Source of the DNA: Eledone cirrhosa
Taxonomy: Eukaryota
DNA: 64,000 bases
Direction: 5' to 3'
Assembly (NCBI GenBank): GCA_964016885.1
Contig: OZ024752.1
Location: forward strand, 24,180,001 to 24,244,000
In this document: positions 16,758 through 33,027 of the stretch, piece by piece
Position numbering within the stretch: position 1 is the stretch's first letter
How the letters are laid out: the number at the start of each line of letters is the position of its first letter
Position numbers and translations under genes: made by a program
Notes under the pieces: model-generated
Seen by the model: only the letters and a program-made list of their open reading frames with translations
What the model was told of the DNA's origin: nothing
Databases searched by the model: none

Positions 16758-17099
16758 CAAAATTTGTTTTATAAATAACGACATACCCATGGAAATCAAC
16801 CTTAACGGTCGGAAATTCGCTGGATAGTGGAAACTTATTAGGGGTAATTCAAAGTTATGTATGAATATGCAAATGAATGTATGAAACATTGAAAAAACAA
16901 CCGTTTATTTAAATTATGCTGGGGAAAGATAGGGAAGAAAGAGAAGAAAGAGAGAGAAAAAATTACTGTTATGAGATAGATAGAGAGAAGAAAGAAATTT
17001 ATAGAGGATGAACTCATGTAACGTAAATAAGTATTAAGTTTATATTAATGTTACGTATATTTACTAATTATTGTTAGAATTCTAATATAATACAATATA

Positions 17100-17288
17100 A
17101 TTGTTTCTACTTTTTGGCACAAGGCCAGCAATTACCCAGTGCATTACTGGTACTTTATTTTATGGACCCCGTAAGGATGAAAGGCAAAGTTAACCTTGGC
17201 GGGATTCAAACTCAGAATGGCAAGGGCCGTAACTCTGTGCATCAAAGCATAGCGTCCAACCCTTCTACCGATACTGCCAATCCACTGC
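17100..17288 (-). mobile_element. tRNA-derived SINE (second family)
   Basis: Minus strand tggcagtatcggtag...ctgagtttgaatcccgccaaggttaactttgcctttcatcc...ccttgtgccaaaa; similar to the copies at 35496 and 53808. Confidence 0.8.
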
Positions 17289-18049
17289 ACATATAATATA
17301 ATATAATATAATATGATATTTACTATTATAAGTATATAGAAAAATAGATATATAGAAAAAATAAATATATATAAAGACATATTGAAAAATAAATTGAAAA
17401 TAGATATAAAGTAGAAAATAGGAGAATCAATAGATAGAAAAATAGATATATGAGTGGATAAATGGGTATATCATGTTATAGATAATTGTTTTAATAAGTT
17501 ATGAGGGATACTGGTTTATAGTTAGTGTAAGTAATTAAATTAACTGAGTTAATAAGATTATTTATATGTTTTTAATGTTTTAAATTAGGAAGATACTGAA
17601 AAACCCAGTTTTGTTTATTTATTAGTTAGTATGAGACCATTTTGACGAAGATATAAATGTTGAAAGATATATTTAGCCAGAATTAGTTATTTGTTATAAC
17701 TCTAATATTAAATAATTAAAAAATATTAAAAAATCTAAAAATATTAAAAGTTCTGGAAAAAATTCTGGAAAAAATAAAAAAAAACATTTTTTGAAATCTC
17801 AGAAGATACTCAAAAAACCCTTTTAACAAAATAAAATACTTAAAATACTTAAAAGTACTTAAACTATTTAAAATGTTTAAAAATATTTAAAAAATATTAA
17901 AAAATTTTAAATAATCTTTAAAAAGTAATTTTTTAAAGAAATAAATAATAATTTTTAAAAATAAGTAATTTTTAAATATATGAGATATTTTAGAAGTAAA
18001 ATAAAAAATGGTGTCAAGTCATGTCATCCATTTGACCACTTTGAAGGGT

Positions 18050-19780
18050 GCTTCGGGTCCCTTCAGTCTTGCCACTAGCATAACTACTTTACAGAGTGGG
18101 CTAGGGGCCTTCTGTCATGTCTACCTCACAGGGTGGACTGGGTGCTTAGTTGTCATGTCACCAGCATGACTACCTTGCAGGGAGGGTTAGGTGTTCTTTT
18201 GTCATGTTACCTGCACGACCACCTTACAGAGTGGCCTGAGGGTTTTTAGCCATTTCAGCAGCATTGGAGGAGAACATGTTAAGCTTTCCATACTTGTATT
18301 CATGGGTTTGTCAAGAGAGGTGAATCAGATGTGAAAGTGGGGGTGGGGTTGTGTGTATGTAGGGTGGAGATTGGAGAGGTAGGTCAGGGTGGTGTACTTA
18401 ACTGGTAAGGGGGTGGAGTGTTAAGATGTGGAGAGGAGGAAAATTAGAGCATACTTCAAACCACTAATGTTGTTTCATCCCGTGGACATGGGAATGCAGG
18501 TCTTCTGCAGTAATTTACAACGCCAGAGATTTCAATCCTGTGTCATCACCTTTGAGAGGTACAATGGTGTCAAGTCAATTTTTACCTCATCCCAAGCATT
18601 CCTAGGTCTTCCTCTTCCACCAATTTCAAGCAGTCAACCTTTTATACATCATCTCTAACTTCATACATATCACATGTCCATACCACAGCAATCTCCTCAC
18701 CTGCATACTGTATCTTATCCCTCTCATGCCCAGATTCTCTATCAGTTTATTAACTTTTTGTTCTTCATGTATATTAATATTACACATCCATTGGAGAATT
18801 GAAGCTTCATTTCTATCCAATCTTTGGAGGTCCTCTGCACAGTGCCCAGATCTCACTGAAATGCAACATGTCCATAACACAGCAATCTCCTCTCCTGCAT
18901 ACTGTATCTTATCCCTCTAATGCCCAGGTTCTCTCAGTTTATTTACACTTTCCCCTTCATGTATATTAATATTACACATCCATTGGAGAATTCAAGCTTC
19001 ATTTCTATCCAATCTCCTGAGGTTTTCTACACACACTGCCCAGATCTCACTGCAATGCAGCTTTGCTGTTCATATGCAGACATCAATTTGATGAAACAAC
19101 CTTTTGTAGCCAGCAGCAGTAGTAGCACCCTAAACCTCTGCCATCTTATTCTTACTCTTGTTACTGTACTTTCAGAACACCTACCTCCACTGCTTATTTG
19201 ATACCCCAGGTAACAGAAACTGTCAACTGCTTCTATGGAACCCATTACATATTTGATAGAGCTTGTCTCCTAAAAGTGATTGCTGCTTATTGCTCCAGCG
19301 CAGTGAACCAATGTAACCTACGTTCTTAGCTAACTTACCACGTATGTGTGACCATTGGTTTCTGAGTCCAGTTATGGCACCTCTGTTTATTAGGGGAGGC
19401 ACTTCCAAACAGACCCTTCATTAAGTATGCTGACAAATATATTTTGCAATCTAAGTGAGTTAATTAGCAGTGGAGGGGGCTGCTCTGAAAGATGTATAGC
19501 TAGAATAAGGATAGGATGGAAAAAGTTTAGAGAGCTACTGCAACAGTTGACCACAAAAGGTTTCTCTCTCTGTACAAAAGGACAACTGTATGACACATGT
19601 GGGTGATGAGCAATGATGCATGGTAACGAAACAAGGGCTGTGACTGCAGAGGATATGTAGGCTGTAGGATATGTTATGTAAGTGTGAGAGAAAGGGAGAG
19701 CTTGGACAAGTTCAAGAAGAAGCTGGGTTTAAGAGTGAGCTGAAGTGGTGTGTAAGAAAGAAGACTGTGTTTGTACGGAC
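18050..19780. mobile_element. Decayed RTE 3' fragments in both orientations
   Basis: Minus GSIEAVDSFCYLG...ISSGGRCSES, RLDRNEASILQWMC; plus ISSGGGCSE...RIGWKKFRELL at 19460-19600. Confidence 0.85.
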
Positions 19781-19817
19781 ATAAAATGAAAGGAGAAGAA
19801 TTTCTTAGTAAAACAGG

Positions 19818-19823
19818 TTTATT
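19818..19823 (-). promoter_or_regulatory. Putative poly(A) signal of ZNF paralog 1
   Basis: AATAAA on the minus strand followed by a U-rich stretch; conserved at 61243-61248 in paralog 2. Confidence 0.5.
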
Positions 19824-20266
19824 CAAAATATTAACAACATTGAAGAGAATGATTTACCACAGACATCACAGTGATATAGTACCTCTCCTGTATATGTTAG
19901 TGTCTAATTAAACCACATTTAGAGAAGGATTTATCACAGACATCATAGTGATATGGTTCCTCTCCTGTATGTATATGTTGGTGTCTAGTGAAGCCACAAC
20001 ATTTAGAAAATGATTTATCACAGACATCACAGTGATATAGTTCCTCTCCTGTATAGGTTAGTGTCTAGTGAAGCCACAACATTTAGAGAATGATGTACTA
20101 AATATATCAAAGTGATATGGCTTCCCAGCTGTATGTATATGTTTGTGTGTAGTTAATGTAACATTCAAAGAGAATGATTTCCCTAAGATGTTACAATGAT
20201 ATGTATTTGTATTCTCATTAATTCACAAATTTGAGAGAAATATTTATTTCTGATGTCAATGCGTTA

Positions 20267-22712
<2,446 letters not shown>

Positions 22713-23064
22713 AATGATTTCTTCTTCAACAGAATATATAAATGTTTTCTTTGTAATATTTTTTATATTATATTTCTTATGAAATATTTCTTCTTCTATA
22801 TTTCCCTCAACTGTGATTTCAGTTAATATCTGAAGATAATACAAACTTATGTTTCATCCAAGTATAGTTAAAATACAAAACCATCTCATAGTGATGAAAA
22901 TAAACTTAGTTCTGAAGAAATATTTCACAGTATTTCGACAACAGAATTATATAAAGAGTGTTATATAAGTTCTGTTAAAAAAGTTTTAGTCTTCAAATGA
23001 TGATAAATAGAAGTGATGTATCCAAGATTGAAAATAATAATTTATCCAAATTTCATCTGATATT

Positions 23065-23085
23065 CTGAAATAAGAAAGAAACAGT
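23065..23085 (-). promoter_or_regulatory. Putative splice acceptor upstream of the ZNF exon
   Basis: Minus strand ctgtttctttcttatttcAG|aata; conserved in the paralog (ctgtttctttttcatttcAG|aata at 63608). Confidence 0.6.
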
Positions 23086-23380
23086 ATGAGATAATAGAGA
23101 ATACTGAAGAAGCAGAGATAGATTTAACAGTGGAAATTTTATATTTCTATATTGGTAAACTGTAGATAACTTTCCTGTCCAGAGCAATTCTCCCCAATGT
23201 AAGCAGTGGTATTCCAGCATGCTCTATAAATTATATCCTTCTATCTCTTCAGAGGTCTGCTCTATGGCAGTTTAGCAAAAAATGCATTCTTATAGGACTT
23301 ATAAGAAAGTAACAGTATGAGATAATAGAGAATACTTAAAATATAGAGATAGATTTAACAGTGGAAATTTTACAACTTTA

Positions 23381-23515
23381 CCACATTTCCTAGCGTCGAA
23401 GACGTTACTTTTCCCCTAATATAAGTCTCAAAAATCTACCATACGTCCTGGAGGTCGAAGGTTGCTTATTATTTTTTTTTTTTAAATCGGTCGTCATTGG
23501 CGCCAGTAAGTACGG
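23381..23515. mobile_element. Tc1/mariner-type MITE with TA target duplication
   Basis: TA|CCACATTTCCTAGCGTC...GGCGCCAGTAAGTACGG|TA, imperfect TIRs; interrupts a local duplication whose empty site is at 23081-23166. Confidence 0.6.
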
Positions 23516-24256
23516 TACATTGGTAAACTGTAGAAATATACCTGTGTCATATTTATTTATTCATATAAACCAGTTACACCATCACTATAGTGGGATCATC
23601 TTGTACAGGGCCCCGAAACTGTGGTAACCTCGTGAGATGAGTTTGGAGTAGCTGACTAGCTACCCCTCCTCACAATGGTGCCACCCAGTACCAGGCCCCC
23701 CAAAATTATAGTTCCACTGTGAGATGAGTTCAGTGCAGCCAACTGGCCTGTCCCTCCTCATAACAAAGCCACCCAGTTCCACACTGTAAACATGGTTCAT
23801 GTTAGGAAGGGAATCCAGCCGTAAAATACACGAACAAATTTAGACCTCACCTGAGCAAGGTGCGACACATGGCCAACCCTGGCCAGACTTTCCTCCTGCC
23901 GTCTAACCCATGCAAGAATGGAAAAGTGGACGCTAAATGGAGATGATACATACATATATATACATATATCCCACCCACACAGGACATGTAAAAGACATGG
24001 CAAAACGCACCCGGCCCACACTGTAAAGAGGTGTGTTTTTGATGATGATGATGATGATATATAATAAAATGTTGTAGTTTGTTTGAAGCATTCTATATAA
24101 TATATAACTGTTTCTACTATTGGCACAAGGCCAGTCTATATAATATATAACGTTGAAAGAGATAGAAGGCTAAACAATACAAAATGGACTGTAAGATGTG
24201 GTAAGGAAAAGTACAAGTTACCTGGTTTTTTTTTTTGTTGTTGTTCTTTTATCTGT

Positions 24257-24292
24257 CCAATATTTTGGGACATAAAAGTCCTTTCTTCAGGG
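24257..24292 (-). ncRNA. Degenerate minimal hammerhead (GAAA to AAAA)
   Basis: Minus strand: CC-CUGAAGA-A-AGGAC UUUUAU GUCCC-AAAA-UA-UU-GG; helix I only 2 bp. Confidence 0.4.
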
Positions 24293-24297
24293 TTTAA

Positions 24298-24503
24298 CCC
24301 TTTAGCATTTACATTATTCTATATATACTATTATATTTCTATGGTAAAGTCATTACCTCACATAATATCGAATCTGAGGTTTTGATATTATTTATATTGA
24401 AAACAATACCTTAACATCAGTAAGAGTAGCCAGTTACAGCCAGTTTGAACAGAAAAAGGGGACAGAATTCTGGCCAGTTATGGCCAGTTTAAATGTTAAA
24501 GGG
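24298..24503. mobile_element. piggyBac-type MITE (206 bp)
   Basis: TTAA|CCCTTTAGCATTTA...TAAATGTTAAAGGG|TTAA: 14-bp TIR with one mismatch and TTAA TSD. Confidence 0.85.
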
Positions 24504-24529
24504 TTAAGCAACTTTCAGTGGATAATGTT

Positions 24530-26718
24530 TCAATTTCCTCTCTTTCGGATTGAATTTTGATTTTGATTAAACGCAAAGCACGAGGGCTGCGTTGTCAGAA
24601 GCAAAATACATGCTCTGGGTAACGAGGAAGCCAAAGTTGTTAGCTGGGCCGGGTGACGGAGGCGAAAAGTGGCAACAAGTCCACAATTCGGTCTTTGAAG
24701 GACCAAGACGGACGCGTGATATGTGAGCTGAAGCAGATGTGCGCGGCCTTTCAGCGGCACTTTGGTGCCGGGAGAGACTATGGATTTCGGGCCATACCTC
24801 AACGGCCTGTGGGGCCCTGATCAACTTGGATCAGTCTAAGGCTTTCGATAGGGTTGACCATCGTTACCTGGATGTGGTGCTTGAGGCAGCAGGCTTCGGA
24901 CCCATGTTCGAAGGGCTGGATTGCTGAAATGCACAGCAGCAACATCTGCTCAAGGGCCAAGGTGAACGGCTACCTCTCGGAGCCGTTCCATATCACGCGA
25001 TCCATTCGACAGGGATGCCCTCTCTCCTCCCTTCTGTACGTACTGACTCTCGAGCCACTACTGCGGAACTTGGAGCTATTGCAGGGTATCCTCTGGAACT
25101 GGGACTGCGGAAAGCGAAGTCGGCCTGTGCCGACGACGCATCAGTAATGGTGTCGAGCACCTCGCAAATCGAGGCAGTCGGCACCTTACTGAAGGAATAC
25201 GAAAGGTTCACAGGAGCGAAGCTGAACCGGGATAAGTCCATCGGTTTGCAACTCGGATTGTGGAGAGGCAAACCGATACCTTCCAATGGCGTCATCAGAC
25301 GCTGGACAGAAGAACTGGTAAAGCTGCTCGGGGTCTGGTTTGGTCCAGACCTCCAGGTGGAGAAGAACTGGAACGAGGTGACGGCCAAGGTGTTTGCATT
25401 CACCCAGAAGTGGCCTGAATGCAAACTATCCTTGAAAGGTCGAGCGGAGCTGGCGAACACTTTTATAGCGTCTGTCATCTACTGCCACTTGACCGCCGTG
25501 CCTTCTCCAGCCAAAACGCTCACCAAAATGGAGCGTGCGCTCTTCCAATTCCTTTGGAAGAAGCGGGCTCCTTTGGTGAGAAGATCCATCTGCTGCCAAC
25601 ACATTTCCAATGGAGGGCTGGGGATGCCGTGGCTGACGATGCGCAAACACGTGCTCAGGCTGCAGCATCTCTACGTATTCCTCACCGGACAACCGGTGTG
25701 GCCCCGTTCGTGAGGTGAGCCTTCCCACGACTCGTCTTGCTGACTGAGCTGCAGTCCTGGGTCAAGCAAAGACCGAGGAAACTGGGCGACTGGCACCTCG
25801 AATGTGCTCAGGCGCTCACAGCCCTCTGGCAGGCGGACCCGGCGATCGGTGGAGACTCCACTTCATCATTCTATAAAGGGTTGATCCACAGCAAGTGCGA
25901 CGACGTGCTCGGAGAAACTCTAGCCATAGAGGAAGACGAACTGTTCGGCAGGACCTTCTGCCTGGGACCGATGGACAACTTCCAAAAGTCGCTGGCCTGT
26001 CAGAACTACCGAGGAGCTCTACCAGTTTGAGACAATCTCTACAGACATGGGCGCCCGGGCAGGGACCCTTCGAAAAAGATCTGTCTGAGATGCGTGCGAG
26101 TCGAAGAAACCGTCGCGCACGCATTCATACACTGCTCGGGCATTACCAACTTGTGGGGCTATGTAGAACGACTATTGTCATGGGTGGGACCAATCTGGTT
26201 GACCACCGAGTCCATTGTCATGATCAAACCCCCACCCTCCTTCAAAAACGAAGGAGAGGCGGTTAGCCTTTGTGTGATAGCTATGGCGAAAGAGGTTAAA
26301 GGAGCTGAGGTCAGACGCCTATCTCTTCGGCCAACAACTGATTCTTTTTTTCAAATACCACTTTGGAAGACGAATCAGGATGGAGAGAGAGGTGCTGTAC
26401 CCCACCAAGTTTTATGAAAGGTGTGTGAAAGTGGTGAGAATAGCCCGAGTGAATGGGCCTTCTCTCTATATCAGCCTGTAGGTTGAGGAAAAAGAGGAAG
26501 AGAGGAAAAGGGCACAAACTCTTTGTACTCCTGGAGATGAGGGTTGCACATTTTTTCAGGGGTATTTGTTACCCATATGAAATGTCTCCCGCTATTGGGG
26601 AAAATCGATTAATTTTTAAATTGCATTTGTGATAGGATTTTACACGTTTTTATTGTATGTAAACTTCCCCCTTTGTATTTGTCCCCTTCTATTGTGCCCC
26701 TGTGGCTAATAAAGAAAC
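24530..26718 (+). mobile_element. Tx1/L1-clade LINE, 5'-truncated and frameshifted ORF2 (RT plus C-terminal CCHC)
   Basis: LDQSKAFDRVDH, SIRQGCPLSSLLY..LEPLL, ACADD, KLLGVWF, GGLG, C..C..EETVAHAFIHC; AATAAA near 26708. Confidence 0.9.
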
Positions 26719-26959
26719 ATATATATATATACACTGTGTACAATATATATTATACACTATATATGTTGTCCAAGGGAAAGGCAATGGCTGATACAGCTTG
26801 GCATCAGTCACATCACAACATATATATACACTATATATATATATAGACTGTGTACAATATATATTATACACTATATATGTTGTCCAAGGGAAAGGCAATG
26901 GCTGACACAGCTTGGCACCAGTGACATCACAACATATATATATATAACTTATATCCTAG

Positions 26960-29053
26960 ACATCCATAGACTATTTCTATTCTACAGCTATCTCTCTTCC
27001 CCAATTTCAAAATGTTCTGTTTACATTATTATTATTATCATTCACTTGTTTCCACAACGTATATACTTCGACCTTGTTTTTTATATAAACCATGTTGGAC
27101 ATTCTCTCTTTCTCTACAAACTCATCCCTAACCCCCGCCATCACCTCCCCTTTCTCTCACTCATTCATTTCAGTGTTTACGAAGCTAGGTGACCATCTTC
27201 GAAATTCTTGCATATTTGCCTTGTCTAATATGCCTACTTATATCTGCTTATTTCCCCCGAATCTCCTGTGATGATATATGTCATGATGGCTACCTATCTC
27301 ACAATTTCCCACTCACCTCCATAGGCTATTTGACAAATCAAACCTCAGCAACATGTCTTTACCCATTACCAGCCCCAACCAAATTCTGCCATTACTACTA
27401 CTGTCCTTCTAGACCTTACTAGCCCCAACAAACTCTGTCATTACTATTACAGTCCTTCTAGCCCTTACCAGCCCCAACAAACTCTGCATTGCTACTACTG
27501 TCCTTCTAGCCCTTACCAGCTCCAACAAACTCTGTCATTAACTACTACTGTCCTTCTAGACCTTACCAGCCCCAACAAACTGTCATTACTACTACTGTCC
27601 TTCTAGCCCTGCACCAAAGAATTCTTGTTCACCGTTATGTATGGAGGAGTGAAGGATAAATGGAACAACCCCGAATAAATAAATGAATATGAATCCGCAA
27701 ATTACCAAGCACCCATGCGAAGCTTTAAAACAGAGACAGGAAGCATACACACTCCCCTGCAAAAATTCACCCTCTCCCACAAATGATGGCAAATGTCCAA
27801 AACTCTGAGTTGGCAGCATCAACATAAGCACAATGAAAGGAAGGGAAGGAGAAATTATAGACATGCTAGAGTGGAAGGATATTGACGTATGCTGTGTGCA
27901 AGAGACTAGCTGGAGAGGAGAATCCGCTAGAGTCCTTGTAGGCAAAAGTCAGTACTATAAATTTTTCTGGGTGGGAAATGACAATGGGATGGGTGGTGTA
28001 GGTATACTATTAGCCGACAAATGGGTAGATAAGGTAATAACCACACATATTGTTAACCAGGTAATAGTAGAGGGTGTCATACCAAAGGATTGGTGCAGCA
28101 GCATCATCGTCAACTGCTACAAGGGCAAAGGAGATGCACTAGATAGAAGAAACTATAGAGGTATAAAGCTGATGGACCAGGTCATGAGAGTAACGGAAAG
28201 AGTCATAGCACATTTGATCAGGGACTGGGTAAAACTAAGTGAGATGCAGGTTGGTCTCTACCAGGGCTCTGTTCTTAGCCCTCTCCTGTTTATTACAGTA
28301 TTGCAGGCTATAACAGAGGAGTTTAAGACCAGATGCCCATAGGAACTCTTATATGTGGATGATCTTACACTTATAGCTTAATCTATGGCAGAACTAAAGA
28401 AACAAGCACCACCAAACTCTGGGAGAGGTCCGTAGAACCAATAGACAGCTTTTGCTACTTAGGTGACCGAATGAGCAGTGGAGGTGGGTGTTCTGAAAGT
28501 ACAGTAACCAGGGTAACAACGGGATTAAAGAAGTTCAGGGAGCTACTGCCACTGCTAGCTGCAAAAGGCTTTTCCCTCAAAATGAAAGGCAGACAGTATG
28601 ATGCGTGCATGCAGACAGTATGATGCATACGAACAGCAATGTGACATGGTAGTGAGACCTGGGCACTGTCTGTAGAAGACTTGCGTAGATTAGAAAGAAA
28701 CAAAGCTTGCATGCTCCTATGGATGTGTAATAGTAATATACGCGAACAGCAAAGCATTAACAAATTGAGAGAGACTGAGCATAAGAGGAATCAAATGCTG
28801 TGTGCAGGAGAGGAGGTTGTGTTCGCATGGACATGTGATGTGTATGAAGGATGAAAGCTACATAAAAAGATGCAGAGCACTAGAAGTCGATGGAAGCCAT
28901 GGAGTGGGGAGATCCAAGAAGACCTGGGATGAGCTGATAAAAGCTGACCTTACCCAATTGCACCTCCCAAAGGCGATGACACCAGACCGTGACCTCTGGC
29001 TTCACACAGTAATACAGAAGACCCAACTTCCCATGGGTACAAGCCGAAGCTGA
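26960..29053 (+). mobile_element. Multiply internally deleted RTE copy with a ~40-bp minisatellite in its 5' UTR (27360-27610)
   Basis: APE start fused to RT pieces: KWVDKV|ITTHIVNQ and EMQ|VGLYQGSVLSP; 5' region similar to 43490-44040. Confidence 0.88.
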
Positions 29054-29199
29054 AATATATAGACAACATGCATATATATATATATATACACTATGTATAT
29101 ATTATATATACACTATGTAATATATACATAGTGTATATATTATATATACACTATGTAATATATACATAGTGTATATATTATATATACACTATGTACAGT

Positions 29200-30806
29200 A
29201 TATATACACGATATATATGTCTAAGGGAAAGGTTATGGCCAATACAGCTTGGTACCAGTGACATCACAACATATACTATATATATTATACAGTATATATA
29301 CACTATATATATGTCCAAGGGAAAGGTTATGGCGTATACAGCTTGGCACTAGTGACATCACAACATATATATACTATATATATACACTGTATATATTATA
29401 CAGTAAATATACACTATATATGTCTAAGAGAAAGGCTATGGTTGATACATCTTGGCACCAGTGACATTATAACTCATTTCTACAGCTGAGTAAACTGGAG
29501 CAACGTGAAATAAAGTGTCTTGCTCAAGGATACAACACATCACCCGGTCCGAGACTCAAACTCGCCACCTTTTAATTGTAAGCTCAATGCTCTAACCACT
29601 AAGCCATTATACGTTCCAGAACCAACCGTGATATAGAGAGACCATAAAGACAACCGTTGTTTTCATAGTTTAAGCCTTAAAATACCTCCCATACACGCTT
29701 TAAGTACATATAAACTCATTAAATCACACTTTTGTATTTAAACACTAAAAACAGCCAGTAACGATCGTATAGAAACTACCAGCAACCACCGTACCAAATT
29801 AGATATGTCCCAAAGAAATATCCGCGATGCTGTAGGACCGCGAAAAATGAACCGCGATATAGCGGGGGATTACTGTATATATACACACACAACATATATC
29901 TATCTATATACACTCATAATATTTATTTCGATTTTTTACATTAAAATGTTGACTGAGGGTGCGACAACTGTTTCTTGTTTGAGGTTGTTCCAGTGGTTGA
30001 AATATAGACGGAGGTATTTTAAATAATAAAGACAGTCATAATAACAATATATTTTATATCACATGTAACAGTGGAATCTGGAGATTGAAAAATAACCCAT
30101 CAACATTTCAGTTTGGAAGTTTTTTTTCTATATATAAAAGTGGAGGAAGAAATATATTTTTCCAATGTTATATATATTTTCACTTGTATATAATTACTGG
30201 ATCGTTGTAGGGTTCACATTATTATATTATTTACACACATTAACATAGACATTAAGTAAATCTTTGTCAACTTACCTCCTTCACATATAATCAATGTGTT
30301 GTGTTGTTAGTTTTTACTAAACAAACAAACAAATAATCTCTTCGTTATCAAATTAGAAGTTTCAAAGATGTTATCAGCTTTATTTCACGACATTAACGTT
30401 GGTGTATCTTCTTCAACTTTAGTCATAAATTGATATCTTGTCAGAATGAAGTAGTGAGGCTGACTTTGTGTCTTAAGCTACAGATTTGATAGGAAATATA
30501 TATATATTAGGTTGATATGTGGTCTAAAATATATATATTGTCTATAAATGACTGATAGCAGATGTTCTGGTGAAATAGTAGTTTTACTACTACAGATTGT
30601 AATGGAACTCTTAGTAGACACAATTGTAAAGTAAGAATAGATATGACAGTGTAAGACTGATGTCGGGGAATTAAAATTGTGTGTGTATATATATATATAA
30701 TTAGATTAATTAAAGTTATAATGAAGACAGCAGGTACGCGGTGTCGTCGGCTTGTTTGAACTCTCGTACCGGTGTCATACGTTAAAAGTCCCTGATACGA
30801 TTTAAT
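29200..30806. repeat. Local duplication (second copy ~37480-39481) containing a minus-strand CORE-SINE and one Tigger/pogo-like transposon end
   Basis: Colinear high similarity; SINE at 29472-29619 and 37803-37945; TIR-like gaaccgcgatatagcgggggattactg|TA near 29876 and 38517. Confidence 0.85.
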
Positions 30807-31037
30807 ACCTTCAGACACAGTTCCAATCGTATTTAATTTATTGTGAATCAGAAAGTATCACTCAATAAAATATCGATTATAAATCAATAAGGAAACCTCT
30901 AGAAATAGCAGCGATATTATCCAATACAACTGCTCTCTCTCTCTATATATATATATTTATATATATACACACACATATATGTACGTATGTATGTAAATGT
31001 GTATACAACTCTTATGTGTATGTACATGTATAAACAA

Positions 31038-31570
31038 CTATTTTATGAGGAGTTAGTTAAAGTAAAACGACCTCCACATAAACCAAAAAAGAGGTATAAG
31101 GATTCCTTGAAAGCCTCTTTGAAAGACGCTAACATCTCTGCTGATACATGGGAAAATGTTGCTGCTGATCGTAATAAATGGAGAAAGACTGTACATGCAC
31201 ACGAGAATGTACAGTGGGATGTGAGGCAGGGCATTGCTGTTGCATTTCCAGACGGCGAAGGTCCTCCTATGGTGCTGGCATGCAACATCTGTGCGAGACT
31301 CTACTTTAGCAAAGCTGGACTCGAAAGTCATCTTCATAGTCATAAAGTGAGACCAGTGGTTGACTACCAGGCTGCTGTTGGAGATGCTACATGCTTGCCA
31401 AGCATGTGGTAGAGAATGTAAATCAGCAGGAGGGCTCAAACAACATGCAAAAGTACATGAACTCCAACCACAGCCGGTTATTCCCAGTTAATGTTTTGGT
31501 TGCCAACTCTGTGCAAGACATTTTAGATCGTTGGCTGGCCTAAAAAGCCACATTCGATCGCAGTGCTGTT
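31038..31570 (+). mobile_element. 3' end of a BovB-like RTE LINE with three C-terminal C2H2 fingers
   Basis: LFYEEL...PKKRYKDSLKASLK...TWENVAADRNKWR; CNIC...GLESHLHSH; frameshifted second finger ...CKSAGGLKQHAKVH; CQLCARHFRSLAGLKSHIRS. Confidence 0.75.
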
Positions 31571-31683
31571 AATTGCTATCACGCGCGTGTGTAGATATGT
31601 TTATGTGTGTGTGTGTGTATATATATGTATATTATTATTGTTGTTGTCGTTATTATTATTGTTATTATTATTACGTAAGGTAG

Positions 31684-33027
31684 ACCAATCTGGTCTACCT
31701 TACGTAATAAAAGACAGGTTCTATGAGTCGCTAATGCAGAGTACCTCCCAAATAACCGACAGCGACTACTTAATTATTGCTGGCGACCTAAATGGTCACA
31801 TTGGACAACATAGTGATGACTATGATGGAATCCATGGAGGCTATGAGTTTGGTACTAGAAATAAGGAAGGCTTCAGAATCCTGTGACGCTAATAACCTAT
31901 CTGTAACACAAACTTCAAAAAACGAGACAATCACTTGATCACCGATAGATCAGGGCAACACGCTAGCCAGATAGATTATAACCTTACTAGAAGACGTGAC
32001 AGAGTGTCTGTTGTAAACACTAAGTCCCTCCCCCATGAAGAATGCACCTCCCAACATAGCCTAGTAGTTAGTGACCTCATAGTCAGGACTAGACGTACTC
32101 GACAACAGAGGACTACCTCGAGGAGAAGAATATGGAAGTTGAAAGACCTCACAGCCAGTGACAAATTTAAAAGCTTATTACTTGATGATTTTGACAGTAA
32201 GGAAGAGCAATTAGAGATGTACAATATAGATGAACAGTGGGAATTTATGAAAGTTAACCTGAAGGCAACAGATGAAATCTGTGGCTGGAGCAGACCTATA
32301 GGCAGGAGGAGAGTAACTTGGTGGTGGAACAGTAAGGTGGAGGAGTCAATCAAGGCCAAAAAGCAGGCATGGAAAGCATGGCGGGATGGGGGAAGTAGAG
32401 AACACTATCAAGTGGCCAGGAGGGAAGCTATGAGACAAGTGTACTTTGCAAGAAGGGAAGCAGAGGAAAGAAAATTCAAGCATGTTCTACAACGCGAGGA
32501 CCAGCAACATGAGGTGTTCCGGATTGCAAGACAATGTGTCAAGGAAAACCGTGATATTGTCGGGGAGAAGCGTGTCCGTAATGATGATGGTGTACTTGCC
32601 CTCACTGATGCTGATAAGAAGGTTGCTTGGAAGTGTCACTACGAGAGACTACTTAATGAGGAGAATAAATGGGAAAAAGATAGTCTGCCCCAAATCGATC
32701 CAATAGAAGGACCAGCGGTGCAATCAAAGATATGAAGACAGGAAAGGCAGCTGGGCCTTCGGAGATAGTTGCTGAGATGTTGAAAGCATCTGGAATGATG
32801 GGACATACAATGGTCACCCGGATAGTAAACCAAGTAATACAGAATGGGGTTATACCAAAGGACTGGCGCAGCAGTATCATCGTTAACTGCTCTAGGAAAC
32901 TATAGAGGCATTAAGTTAGTTGACCAGGTCATGAAGGTCACAGAAAGAGTTATAGCACAACTAATCGGACATCGAATTGATCTAGATGAAATACAGTTTG
33001 GGTTTGTGTCAGGTAAAAGTACCACCG
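31684..33027 (+). mobile_element. RTE LINE internal fragment, same subfamily as the 7.9-12.2 kb copy
   Basis: ORF 31935-32735 is nearly identical to the N-terminal part of 8619-10847. Confidence 0.92.

Noticed and set aside
22713-22844. N-terminal extension of the ZNF ORF from a TTG start
   Set aside because: Non-ATG start and frame not conserved with the paralog; probably 5' UTR.
27360-27610. Regular ~40-bp repeats (and the ~115-bp units) as a CRISPR array
   Set aside because: No unique spacers, no cas genes, eukaryotic context; these are minisatellites.
30715-30790. ATAATGA-AGAC...GTGTC-ATAC-GTT resembling a decayed hammerhead
   Set aside because: Both core boxes are altered and helix I is not supported.
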